In this document: piece after piece, positions 31,210 through 39,700 of the stretch | Layout: the number at the start of each line of letters is the position of its first letter | Numbering within the stretch: the stretch's first letter is position 1 | From: Gaiellaceae bacterium | Lineage (GTDB): Bacteria; Actinomycetota; Thermoleophilia; Gaiellales; Gaiellaceae | NCBI GenBank assembly: GCA_035639875.1 | Contig: DASQXE010000125.1 | Span: forward strand, 1-62,860 | DNA: 62,860 nt | Direction of reading: 5' to 3' | The notes under the pieces: model-generated | What the model was told of the DNA's origin: nothing | Seen by the model: the letters and a program-made list of their open reading frames with translations, nothing else | Database searches by the model: none | Position numbers and translations under genes: made by a program

Positions 31210-31821
31210 GTGCAACCGATCGCAGCCGAGACCCGTCAGTACGAGCGGAATGGGTGCGGCAACCGGAAGTACGAGCGGCTGAGCGACGTGGAGCTCGTGC
31301 GCCAGGCCACAAGCGGAGACGGACGGGCGCTCGAGACCCTGGTCGCGCGTTACAGCCCGCGCGTCAACCGCATCTCCGCGCAGCTCTTCGGGGACTTCGA
31401 GGACGCGCGCGACGCGGCTCAGGAATCGCTCGTGAAACTCTGTACGAAGCTGCGCCAGTTCCGCGGGGAAGCGCAGTTCGCCACGTGGCTGCACCGTCTC
31501 GTCGTCAACACGTGCCGGGACCGGATCGCCGTCCAGCGGGTGCGCAGAACTGAGCCGCTCGTTCTCGAGGACCGCGCAACGGATGAGGACTCCGACCCGT
31601 CGTCGTTGGCTGCGCTCGCCGATCTGCGTCGCGACTTGGCCGACGCCCTCTCCCGGCTGTCGCCGAAGCAGCGCGCTGCCGTCGTCCTACGGGACTCGTT
31701 TGGACTGCCTTACTCGGAAGTCGCGCGTCTGGCCCGCATTCCGGTCGGCACGGCCAAGTGCTACGTGCACCGGGCGCGTGCCCGTGTGAAAGCGCATCTC
31801 GAGGAACTCGCCCAAGTATGA
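31210..31821 (+). CDS. RNA polymerase sigma-70 family factor (ECF-like, regions 2 and 4)
   Basis: Region 2: DARDAAQESLVKLCTKLRQFRGEAQFATWLHRLVVNTCRD. Region 4: LSPKQRAAVVLRDSFGLPYSEVARLARIPVGTAKCYVHRAR. The GTG at 31210 is the first start after birA. The track ORF extends upstream into birA. Confidence 0.85.
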   Translation: MQPIAAETRQYERNGCGNRKYERLSDVELVRQATSGDGRALETLVARYSPRVNRISAQLFGDFEDARDAAQESLVKLCTKLRQFRGEAQFATWLHRLVVNTCRDRIAVQRVRRTEPLVLEDRATDEDSDPSSLAALADLRRDLADALSRLSPKQRAAVVLRDSFGLPYSEVARLARIPVGTAKCYVHRARARVKAHLEELAQV

Positions 31822-32255
31822 AAACCATCCTCGACCGTGCGGGGATCGAAGAAATCCTCCCGCACCGCGACCCCTTCCTCCTGCTCGACGAGGTGGTCGA
31901 GCTCGAGCCGGGGGTCCGAGTCGTCGCCCGCAAGTTCGTCCGCGACGACGAGTGGTACCTGGCCGGGCACTTCCCGGGCCGGCCGATCATGCCGGGGGTC
32001 CTGATCGTGGAGGCGATGGCGCAGACGGGGGCGGTTGCCGTACTTGCGGGCGAGGCCAACCGGGGCAAGCTCGCCCTGTTCGCGGGTATCGACGACGTGC
32101 GCTTCAAGCGCATCGTCGAACCCGGCGACGAGTTGGAGCTGACGTGCGAGCTCGAGCGCGTGCGCGGTCCGATCGGGCGCGGCAAGGCGACGGCGACCGT
32201 GGACGGCGAGCTCGCGGCGCGCGGCAGCCTGACGTTCGCGGTGACCGACGGCTAG
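31818..32255 (+). CDS. fabZ: 3-hydroxyacyl-ACP dehydratase FabZ
   Basis: ATG 31818 (MKTILDR...), with an ATGA overlap with the sigma stop. Motifs: LPHRDPFLLLD and HFPGRPIMPGVLIVEAMAQ. Confidence 0.93.
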   Translation: MKTILDRAGIEEILPHRDPFLLLDEVVELEPGVRVVARKFVRDDEWYLAGHFPGRPIMPGVLIVEAMAQTGAVAVLAGEANRGKLALFAGIDDVRFKRIVEPGDELELTCELERVRGPIGRGKATATVDGELAARGSLTFAVTDG

Positions 32256-33275
32256 ATGCTCGCGGACGTCTCTCGCAACGGAGCGATCGGCATCACCGGC
32301 GTGGGCTGCTACGTGCCCGAGCGCGTGCTCACGAACGAGGACCTGTCGCAGATGGTCGACACCTCGGACGAGTGGATCACCGAACGAACCGGGATCAAGG
32401 AGCGGCGCATCGCAGACCGAGGGCAGGCGGCGAGCGACCTCGCGCTGCCCGCGGCACAACAGGCGCTCGCGGCGGCGGGCCTCGATGGCGCCGACGTGGA
32501 GCTTGTCATCGTCGCCACCGTCACGCCCGACATGTTCTTCCCGTCCACGGGATCGCTCGTGGCGACAGCGTTGGGCGCCGACGAGGCGGGCGCCTACGAC
32601 CTGTCGGCCGGCTGCACGGGCTTCATGTACGCGCTCGCGCAGGCCTACGGCGCGGTCGCCGGCGGCTTGGCGGAGAACGCGCTCGTCGTTGGAGCGGAGA
32701 CCCTCTCGAAGATCACGAACTGGCATGACCGGACGACCTGTGTCCTCTTCGGGGACGGTGCAGGGGCGGTCGTCCTCGAGCGGGTCGCCGACGGCGGATT
32801 CCTCGGTTTCGAGCTCGGCTCGGACGGCGAGGGTGGCAAGCAGCTCTCCATCCCAGCGGGAGGCTCGCGCAACCCGTCGACGGCTGAGACGGTCGAGCAG
32901 GACCTCCACTTCCTCCGCATGAACGGGCCGGAGGTGTACCGGTTCGCCACGCGTGTGCTCGTCTCGTCGGCGGAAAAGCTCCTCGAGGAGTGCGGGCTGA
33001 CCGTGGACGACATCGACCTCTACATCCCGCACCAGGCGAACAAACGCATCATCGACCACGCGGCGCGCAATCTCGGCATCCCGCAGGAGAAGATCTTCGT
33101 CAACCTGCAGAAGTACGGGAACACCTCGTCGGCCTCGATCCCGCTGTGCCTTGCGGAGGCCGTCTCGGAGGGCCGGCTGACGAAAGGCGCGCGCGTGCTC
33201 ATGACGGGCATGGGCGCCGGCCTGACTTGGGGATCGGCGTACACGATCTGGAACGACGGGCAGGAGGCGGCGTGA
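32256..33275 (+). CDS. fabH: 3-oxoacyl-ACP synthase III FabH
   Basis: Catalytic Cys (AGCTGFMYAL), HQANKRI and GNTSSASIP. Confidence 0.95.
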   Translation: MLADVSRNGAIGITGVGCYVPERVLTNEDLSQMVDTSDEWITERTGIKERRIADRGQAASDLALPAAQQALAAAGLDGADVELVIVATVTPDMFFPSTGSLVATALGADEAGAYDLSAGCTGFMYALAQAYGAVAGGLAENALVVGAETLSKITNWHDRTTCVLFGDGAGAVVLERVADGGFLGFELGSDGEGGKQLSIPAGGSRNPSTAETVEQDLHFLRMNGPEVYRFATRVLVSSAEKLLEECGLTVDDIDLYIPHQANKRIIDHAARNLGIPQEKIFVNLQKYGNTSSASIPLCLAEAVSEGRLTKGARVLMTGMGAGLTWGSAYTIWNDGQEAA

Positions 33276-34195
33276 AGGTCGCCTTCTGCTTCCCCGGCCA
33301 GGGTTCGCAGGACGTGGGCATGGGCCGCGCGATCGCCGACGAATTCCCGGAAGCGCGCGCCGTCTACGACGAGGCCTCGCAGGCGGTCGGGTTCGACGTG
33401 GCGCGCCTCTGCTTCGAGGGCCCGATCGAGGAGCTTACGCGCACGGAGATGCAGCAGCCGGCGCTTGTGGCGACGTCGATCGCGTGCCTGCGCGCGGTGG
33501 AATCGGTCGGCATCAGGGCGGACTACGTGGTCGGACACTCGGTCGGGGAGTACGCCGCTCTCGCCGCCGCCGGCGCCGTGTCGGACCGCGACACGCTGAA
33601 GCTCGTGCGGGAGCGCGGCCGGGCGATGGAGGAGGCGGCCACGCAGCACCCTGGCGCCATGGCGGCGGTGCTCGGCCTCGACGATTCGGTCGTGGAGGGT
33701 CTCTGTGCGGGAATCGACAACGTCTGGCCGGCGAACTACAACTGCCCGGGCCAGATCGTCGTCTCAGGTGAGAACGCCGCCGTCGACCGGCTGCTCGAGG
33801 AAGCCGCCGCGGCCGGCGCCCGCAAGACTGTGAAGCTGCGAGTCAGCGGCGCGTTCCACAGTCCTTTGGTCGCGCGCGCCGCGGATCGTCTCCGGCCCGC
33901 GCTTTCCGCGGTCGGCTGGCGAGACCCGGCGCCGCCGTTCATGTCCACGGTCACGGCCCGCCTGGAAGACGCTCGCCGCTTCGTGGATCTGCTCGTCGAA
34001 CAGCTCACCGGTCCCGTGAAGTTCACGCAGGCGGTGCGCGGGCTGGTCAAGGAGGGCGTGGGCGTGTTCGTGGAGGTCGGTCCGGGCCAGGTCCTCAGCG
34101 GCCTCCTGCGCCGCTGCGACCGCTCGCTCCAGACGATGTCGGTGAGCGACCCGGATTCCCTGCGGAAGCTCCAGGAGACGCTCTCCGCTGCCTAG
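33272..34195 (+). CDS. fabD: Malonyl-CoA-ACP transacylase FabD
   Basis: GTG 33272, with a GTGA overlap with the fabH stop. Motifs: FPGQGSQ and GHSVGEY. Confidence 0.93.
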   Translation: MKVAFCFPGQGSQDVGMGRAIADEFPEARAVYDEASQAVGFDVARLCFEGPIEELTRTEMQQPALVATSIACLRAVESVGIRADYVVGHSVGEYAALAAAGAVSDRDTLKLVRERGRAMEEAATQHPGAMAAVLGLDDSVVEGLCAGIDNVWPANYNCPGQIVVSGENAAVDRLLEEAAAAGARKTVKLRVSGAFHSPLVARAADRLRPALSAVGWRDPAPPFMSTVTARLEDARRFVDLLVEQLTGPVKFTQAVRGLVKEGVGVFVEVGPGQVLSGLLRRCDRSLQTMSVSDPDSLRKLQETLSAA

Positions 34196-34934
34196 CGACG
34201 GCTTCGCCTCACTCGAGGGGAAGGTGGCCCTCGTCACCGGGGGGTCGCGGGGGATCGGAGCGGCGATCGCCCGCGAGCTCGGTGCGGCCGGCGCGCGCGT
34301 CGCGGTCAATTACCGCTCGGGAAAGGACGCCGCGGAGGAGATCGCCGGCGAAATCGGAGGCATCGCGGTGCAGGCGGATGTCTCCTCGCCGGACGAGGCC
34401 GCGGCACTCGTCGAAAAGGTCGAGGACGAGCTCGGCGACCTCGACGCGCTGGTCAACAACGCGGGCGTGACGAGGGACACGCTCATCGCGCGCATGAGCG
34501 ACGACGACTGGCAGACGGTCGTCGACACGAACCTGCGTGGGACGTTCAACACGACGCGCGCGGTCTCGCGGAAGATGCTGCGCCGCCGCAGCGGATCGAT
34601 CGTCAACCTGTCGAGCGTCGTCGGGGTGCACGGAAATCCCGGACAGGCGAACTACGCGGCCTCGAAGGCGGGGATCATCGGCCTGACCAAGGCCCTGGCC
34701 CGCGAGCTCGGGTCGCGAGGCGTGCGCGTGAACGCAATCGCGCCGGGCTACATCACGACCGAGCTCACCGACGTACTGAACGACGAGCAGCGTGGACTGA
34801 TCCTGCAGAACACGCCGCTCGGGCGCCTCGGCGAGCCGGAGGACGTAGCCCGTGCGGTACGCTTCCTGTGCTCTGACGAGGCCGCGTTCATCACGGGCGA
34901 GGTGCTGCTCGTCGACGGTGGCCTAGGGATGTGA
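34188..34934 (+). CDS. fabG: 3-oxoacyl-ACP reductase FabG
   Basis: TGGSRGIG, NAG and YAASKAG. The track start GTG 34224 cuts off the conserved GK before VALVTGG. In-frame CTG 34188 overlaps the fabD TAG. The minimal call is 34224..34934. Confidence 0.9.
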   Translation: MPSDGFASLEGKVALVTGGSRGIGAAIARELGAAGARVAVNYRSGKDAAEEIAGEIGGIAVQADVSSPDEAAALVEKVEDELGDLDALVNNAGVTRDTLIARMSDDDWQTVVDTNLRGTFNTTRAVSRKMLRRRSGSIVNLSSVVGVHGNPGQANYAASKAGIIGLTKALARELGSRGVRVNAIAPGYITTELTDVLNDEQRGLILQNTPLGRLGEPEDVARAVRFLCSDEAAFITGEVLLVDGGLGM

Positions 34935-34935
34935 G

Positions 34936-36189
34936 ATGAGCGTTAACGGGAGAAGACGTGTCGTCGTGACCGGGGTCGGGGCGGTGACGCCCCTCGGAAA
35001 CGACGCGGAGACGTTTTGGAAGAACCTGACCGCGGGGGAAAGCGGCGCTGCGCCGATTCAGGCGTTTGATCCGTCGGAGTTCGCAGTCCACTTCGCGTGC
35101 GAGCTGAAGGACTTCGACCCGACGAAGTGGCTCGAGCCGAAGAAGGCTCGGCGAATCGACCGCTTCGCGCAAATGATCATCGCGGCAGCCCGTATGGCCG
35201 AGGAGGATTCCGGCATCGAGATCGAGACGGAGACCGAACGCGTCGGCGCCTCCGTCGCGACCGGGATCGGCGGGCTCAAAGCCTTCCAGGACTGCTACGA
35301 CCAGCTCCTGGAGCGGGGACCGGACCGGGTCAATCCCTTCTCCATCCCCGCGATCATCCCGAACATGGGCGCCGCGTGGGTATCGATGGAGCTGGGCACG
35401 CGCGGCCCTCTCTGGAGCGAGTGCACCGCCTGCGCTGCGTCCAATATGGCTATCGGCCAGTCGCTCGACGACATCCGCCTCGGCCGCGCCGACGTCATGC
35501 TCGCGGGTGGCACGGAGGCGGGAATCACCAAGGTCGGCATTGGGGGCTTCGGCGCCATGCGCGCGCTGTCCCGGCGGAACTCCGAGCCCGAGAAGGCGAG
35601 CCGGCCCTTCGACGCCGAGCGCGACGGATTCGTGATGGGGGAGGCCGGGGCGATCGTCGTCCTCGAGGAGCTCGAGCACGCGCGCGACCGTGACGCGAAG
35701 GTGTACGCGGAGCTCGTCGGCTATGGGATCTCCTCGGATGCGCAGCACATCACGGAGCCCGATCCGACCGGTCAGCATCCCGCCCGGGCGATGCGTATGG
35801 CCATGGAGGACGCCGGCATCGGCCCCGGGGAGATCGACTACATCAACGCGCACGGCACGTCGACGCCCCTCGGAGACGCAAGCGAGACGCGTGTGATCAA
35901 GATCGCGCTCGGCGAGGAGAAGGCTCGCAAGACCCCGATCTCCTCGACCAAGGGCGCGACCGGTCATTGCCTTGGCGCATCGGGAGCGATCGAGGCGATC
36001 ACTTCGATCTTCGCCGTCCAGCGCGACGTGGTCCCGCCCACGATCAACTACGAGCATCCGGATCCCGAATGCGACCTCGACTACATCCCCAACGAATCGC
36101 GCGAGTGGAAGACGGACTTCGCCCTCTCGAACAACTTCGGCTTCGGCGGCCACAACGCCTGCCTCGTGTTCAAGAAGTTCGACGAGTGA
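34936..36189 (+). CDS. fabF: 3-oxoacyl-ACP synthase II FabF
   Basis: Active-site Cys (ECTACAAS), HGTSTPLGD and GHCLGASG. Confidence 0.95.
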   Translation: MSVNGRRRVVVTGVGAVTPLGNDAETFWKNLTAGESGAAPIQAFDPSEFAVHFACELKDFDPTKWLEPKKARRIDRFAQMIIAAARMAEEDSGIEIETETERVGASVATGIGGLKAFQDCYDQLLERGPDRVNPFSIPAIIPNMGAAWVSMELGTRGPLWSECTACAASNMAIGQSLDDIRLGRADVMLAGGTEAGITKVGIGGFGAMRALSRRNSEPEKASRPFDAERDGFVMGEAGAIVVLEELEHARDRDAKVYAELVGYGISSDAQHITEPDPTGQHPARAMRMAMEDAGIGPGEIDYINAHGTSTPLGDASETRVIKIALGEEKARKTPISSTKGATGHCLGASGAIEAITSIFAVQRDVVPPTINYEHPDPECDLDYIPNESREWKTDFALSNNFGFGGHNACLVFKKFDE

Positions 36190-36866
36190 TGGCCGAGGAA
36201 CGCTGGATCACGTTCGACTGCTACGGCACGCTCATCGACTGGAACGGAGGGATCAAGGGCACGCTCGCGAGTCTGTGGCCCGAGGAGGACGCCGACGCGC
36301 TCCTCGAGCGCTACCTCGAGATCGAGCCGCGCGTCCAGCAAGGCCACCGAGAGCTTGCTTACCGCGAGGTGATGAAGCAGGCGCTCAGCCTCCTGGCCGG
36401 CGACGAGGGCCTTCCGCTTCGGCCTGAAGACGATTACGCCCTCGCCGAGTCGCTGCCGTCGTGGCGTCCCTTCCCCGAAGTACCCGGGGCGCTCGCCGAG
36501 CTCCGCGGACGCGGGTTCATGCTCGCAGTCCTCTCGAACACCGATCCGGACCTGCTGGAATCCTCGCTGGAAAGGATCGGAGTCCCCGTCGACGGCCGCG
36601 TGACAGCCGCGGAGGCGGGGTCGTACAAGCCGGCGCCGGGACACTGGGAGCGATTCTTCGAGGAGTTCGGGGCCGACCGCGAGCATCACGTCCACGTGGC
36701 CGCGAGCCTCTACCACGACATCGAGCCCGCTTACAGGCTCGGCCTGCGGGCCGTCTGGATCAATCGCCTCCATGAGTCGAGCGATCTCCCGCGCGCGGCC
36801 GAGCTGAAGGACCTCTCGCGTCTCCCGGAAGTTCTCGACGAGCTCGTTCCTGTCGCTACTCTCTGA
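36189..36866 (+). CDS. HAD-superfamily hydrolase, haloacid-dehalogenase type II-like
   Basis: ATG 36189, at a TGATG junction with fabF. Motifs: ITFDCYGTLIDW, LSNTD and SYKPAP. Confidence 0.8.
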   Translation: MAEERWITFDCYGTLIDWNGGIKGTLASLWPEEDADALLERYLEIEPRVQQGHRELAYREVMKQALSLLAGDEGLPLRPEDDYALAESLPSWRPFPEVPGALAELRGRGFMLAVLSNTDPDLLESSLERIGVPVDGRVTAAEAGSYKPAPGHWERFFEEFGADREHHVHVAASLYHDIEPAYRLGLRAVWINRLHESSDLPRAAELKDLSRLPEVLDELVPVATL

Positions 36867-36869
36867 GGC

Positions 36870-37652
36870 GTGTCCCGCCTGCGGGCTCGCTGCCCGGACT
36901 GCCGCACGCTGACCGCCGTCGCGCTAGCAGAGGGAGAGTACGAATGCCATTCCTGCGGACAGTCCTTCGCGGCGGGGCTCGTGCGCGTGCCGCGCGCGTG
37001 GGGCGCCGGCGGCGACGAGATGGCCGACGCCGCCTTTCTCGCGCTCCCGTACCCGGAGGCGGGCGTCGTCGAAGAGGACACGCTCATGGAGCAGAATCTC
37101 GCCCTGGCGGCGTCGCTCCCGGAACGGCCGCTCGTGCTCGGCGGCTGCTGCTGCGCCCACGTCGGAGCGGTCGAGGGGCTGGCAACGCGCTACGGGCGCC
37201 TCGCGCTGGTGTGGTTCGACGCGCACGGCGACCTGAACACCCCGGAGACCTCACCGAGCGGCAACGAGTGGGGCATGCCCTTCCGCATGCTCCTCGACTC
37301 GGGCAGCGTCGCTCCGGAAGATGCGGTTCTCGTCGGCGCGCGCAACCTGGACCCGCCCGAAAGGGAGTTCATCGCCGCAACGGGCCTTCGTTGCGGCTCG
37401 GACGAGGTCGCGAACGCACTGGACGGCTCGGATGCCGCCTATGTCGCCTTCGACTGCGACGTGCTCGATCCGGGGGACGAGATCCGTCCGCATATGCCGG
37501 AGCCCGGAGGGATGACGATCGCGCAGGCAACGGAGGTCCTCAAGGAGATCGCCGCGGCGAAGCCGATCGCCGGCGTCGGGCTGACCGGGCTCGCTGCTAC
37601 GTCGGAGAATGCGGGTCCGCTCACGCGGCTCTGCGCCGCCTTAGGCCTTTAG
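36870..37652 (+). CDS. Compact arginase/agmatinase/formiminoglutamase-fold (ureohydrolase-like) protein with N-terminal CxxC...CxxC zinc ribbon
   Basis: GTG start 3 nt after the HAD stop. Zinc ribbon: CPDC-x14-CHSCGQSF. Ureohydrolase metal motifs: FDAHGD and FDCDVLDP. The first motif is atypical (GGCCCAH instead of GGDHS). Confidence 0.7.
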   Translation: MSRLRARCPDCRTLTAVALAEGEYECHSCGQSFAAGLVRVPRAWGAGGDEMADAAFLALPYPEAGVVEEDTLMEQNLALAASLPERPLVLGGCCCAHVGAVEGLATRYGRLALVWFDAHGDLNTPETSPSGNEWGMPFRMLLDSGSVAPEDAVLVGARNLDPPEREFIAATGLRCGSDEVANALDGSDAAYVAFDCDVLDPGDEIRPHMPEPGGMTIAQATEVLKEIAAAKPIAGVGLTGLAATSENAGPLTRLCAALGL

Positions 37653-37681
37653 CCCGACCGGCCGTAAGATAGGCCCCGCCA

Positions 37682-38533
37682 ATGGCAAGCCGCATCGACG
37701 TCTCCATCGAGCACCGTGGCCCGCAGCCGGAGAAGGAGCGCAAGCATCCGAACACCTGCCCGAGCTGCCACTCGCACTACAAGGACGAGGAGCTCGACGC
37801 GAACCTTCGGGTCTGTCCGCAATGTGGACACCACTTCCCCGTGCGGGCGCGGGAGCGGGTCAATCAGCTCGCCGACCGCGGCACGTTCGTGGAAGCGGAC
37901 GCGGAGTTGCGCTCGGCCGATCCGCTCGGCTTCTTCGACCTGCGTGCCTACACCGAGAGGCTTGCGGAGGCCGAAGTGGCCACGGGGCTCGGCGACGCAA
38001 TGATCGCCGGCGGGGCGGCGATCGAACGGCGGCCCTGCGAGCTCGCCGTCATGGACTTCTCCTTCATGGGCGGCTCGATGGGGAGTGCGGTCGGCGAGAA
38101 GTTCGTGCGCGCCTGCGAGCGCGCGGCGGAGCGGCGCGTTCCACTCGTTTGCGTGACGGCATCGGGCGGCGCGCGCATGCAGGAGGGGATTCTCTCCCTT
38201 ATGCAGCTTCCCAAGACAGTGTCCGCCGTGGACGAGCTCCACGAGGCGCCCGCGGCATTCATCTCGGTCATGACGCATCCGACGACGGCGGGCGTGCTGG
38301 CGAGCTTTGCCAGCCTCGGCGACATCGTCGTCGCCGAGCCCGGCGCTCTTCTTGCCTTCACGGGCCCCCGCGTCGTCCAGCAGACGACCCGGGAGAAGTT
38401 GCCCGATGACTTCGGCCAGGCCGAGTCGAACCAGCGTTTTGGGCACGTCGATGCGATCGTCGCGCGATCGGAGCTGCGCCCCTTCCTCGGTCGCGTCCTC
38501 GCGCTTTTCGAGCGAGATGGCCACAGAGACTGA
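37682..38533 (+). CDS. accD: Acetyl-CoA carboxylase carboxyltransferase beta subunit
   Basis: N-terminal zinc ribbon CPSC-x15-CPQCGHHF, followed by the carboxyltransferase domain (MDFSFMGGSMG). Confidence 0.93.
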   Translation: MASRIDVSIEHRGPQPEKERKHPNTCPSCHSHYKDEELDANLRVCPQCGHHFPVRARERVNQLADRGTFVEADAELRSADPLGFFDLRAYTERLAEAEVATGLGDAMIAGGAAIERRPCELAVMDFSFMGGSMGSAVGEKFVRACERAAERRVPLVCVTASGGARMQEGILSLMQLPKTVSAVDELHEAPAAFISVMTHPTTAGVLASFASLGDIVVAEPGALLAFTGPRVVQQTTREKLPDDFGQAESNQRFGHVDAIVARSELRPFLGRVLALFERDGHRD

Positions 38534-39476
38534 GGGCACTCAGGGCGCCGTCGAGCAGTTGCGCCTGCGCGACCGGCTGGCGAAACTGCGCGAGCTCCCG
38601 CTCCTGCGCGGGGTGGGCGTCTCGGGGGAGATGACCCGTCTCCAGCGCCAGATCGACCGGATCGGCGCGGAGCCGACGGCCGACGAGGTCTGGCACGCCG
38701 TCGAGCTCGCCCGCCACCAGGATCGTCCCTACACGCTTGACTACGTCGAACGGATCTTCGACGACTTCGTTGAGCTGCACGGGGACCGGTCGCTGGGCGA
38801 CGACGCCGCCGTGGTCGCAGGGCTCGGCCGTTTCGGCGGACGCACCGTAGCCCTCGTCGGTCACCAGAAAGGGCGCGACATTCGCGAACGGACCCACCGC
38901 AACTTCGGGATGACCTATCCGGAGGGTTACCGCAAGGCGATGCGGGCGATGGAAGTGGCCGAGCGCCACGGGCTCCCCGTCATCACGCTCGTCGATACGC
39001 CGGGCGCCTATCCGGGCGTGGTCGCGGAGCAGCACGGGCAGGGCGGGTGGATCGCCCGCGCGCAGCTTGCCATGCTCCGGCTCGGAGTCCCGACGATCGC
39101 CTGCATCATCGGCGAGGGCGGCTCCGGTGGCGCCGTCGCGATCGCGGTGGCCGATCGCGTTCTCATGCAGGAGAACTCGATCTACTCGGTCATCTCGCCG
39201 GAGGGGTGCGCGGCCATCCTCTGGCGCGATGCGGGCGAGGCGAAGAAGGCTGCGGCCGCGTTCAAGCCCGACGCAAGACACTGCCTCGAGCTCGGCGTGG
39301 TCGATGCCATCGTGCCGGAGCCGCCCGAGGGCGCCCATGCCGACCATGACGAGGCCGCCCGCCTACTCGCAGCGTCCCTCGAGGAGGCGCTCGGCGAGGT
39401 GGAAAACCTCGATCCGGGCGATCGCCGCCGCACCAGGCATCGCAAATTTCGTGAAATGGGCGTGTTCCTGGGGTAA
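38517..39476 (+). CDS. accA: Acetyl-CoA carboxylase carboxyltransferase alpha subunit
   Basis: ATG 38517 (MATETEG...), a 17-nt overlap with accD. Motifs: ARHQDRPYTLDY, LVDTPGAYPG and IGEGGSGGA. Confidence 0.92.
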   Translation: MATETEGTQGAVEQLRLRDRLAKLRELPLLRGVGVSGEMTRLQRQIDRIGAEPTADEVWHAVELARHQDRPYTLDYVERIFDDFVELHGDRSLGDDAAVVAGLGRFGGRTVALVGHQKGRDIRERTHRNFGMTYPEGYRKAMRAMEVAERHGLPVITLVDTPGAYPGVVAEQHGQGGWIARAQLAMLRLGVPTIACIIGEGGSGGAVAIAVADRVLMQENSIYSVISPEGCAAILWRDAGEAKKAAAAFKPDARHCLELGVVDAIVPEPPEGAHADHDEAARLLAASLEEALGEVENLDPGDRRRTRHRKFREMGVFLG

Positions 39477-39492
39477 CCGGGCGGTCACCGCC

Positions 39493-39510
39493 CATCCACA
39501 GCATCCACAG
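39493..39510 (+). repeat. Perfect tandem duplication of the 9-mer CATCCACAG (DnaA-box-like TCCACAG core)
   Basis: Direct reading: CATCCACAG at 39493-39501 and again at 39502-39510. A third core, CTTTCCACC, lies at 39534-39542. Confidence 0.85.
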
Positions 39511-39547
39511 GGTTTTCCTCTGCTTGACGCCAACTTTCCACCATGGC

Positions 39548-39576
39548 CTCGAGGCCGGCTCAGCACCGGCCTCGAG
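39548..39576 (+). other. Perfect 11-bp stem-loop in the accA-ligD spacer
   Basis: CTCGAGGCCGG - ctcagca - CCGGCCTCGAG. No T-tract follows. A second small hairpin, GGGCGG-tca-CCGCCC, lies at 39479-39493 directly after the accA stop. Confidence 0.6.
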
Positions 39577-39700
39577 TACCAACCCCCCCTGGTCGGCAGA
39601 GAAGTCGCAAAGGAGTCTTCTCGCGGCGGCTTGTACCCGCCGCCGGTCCGGCTAAACCTCCCGCCGTTCAGAAACTTCGCCGGGCAGGCATCCTAGGAAC

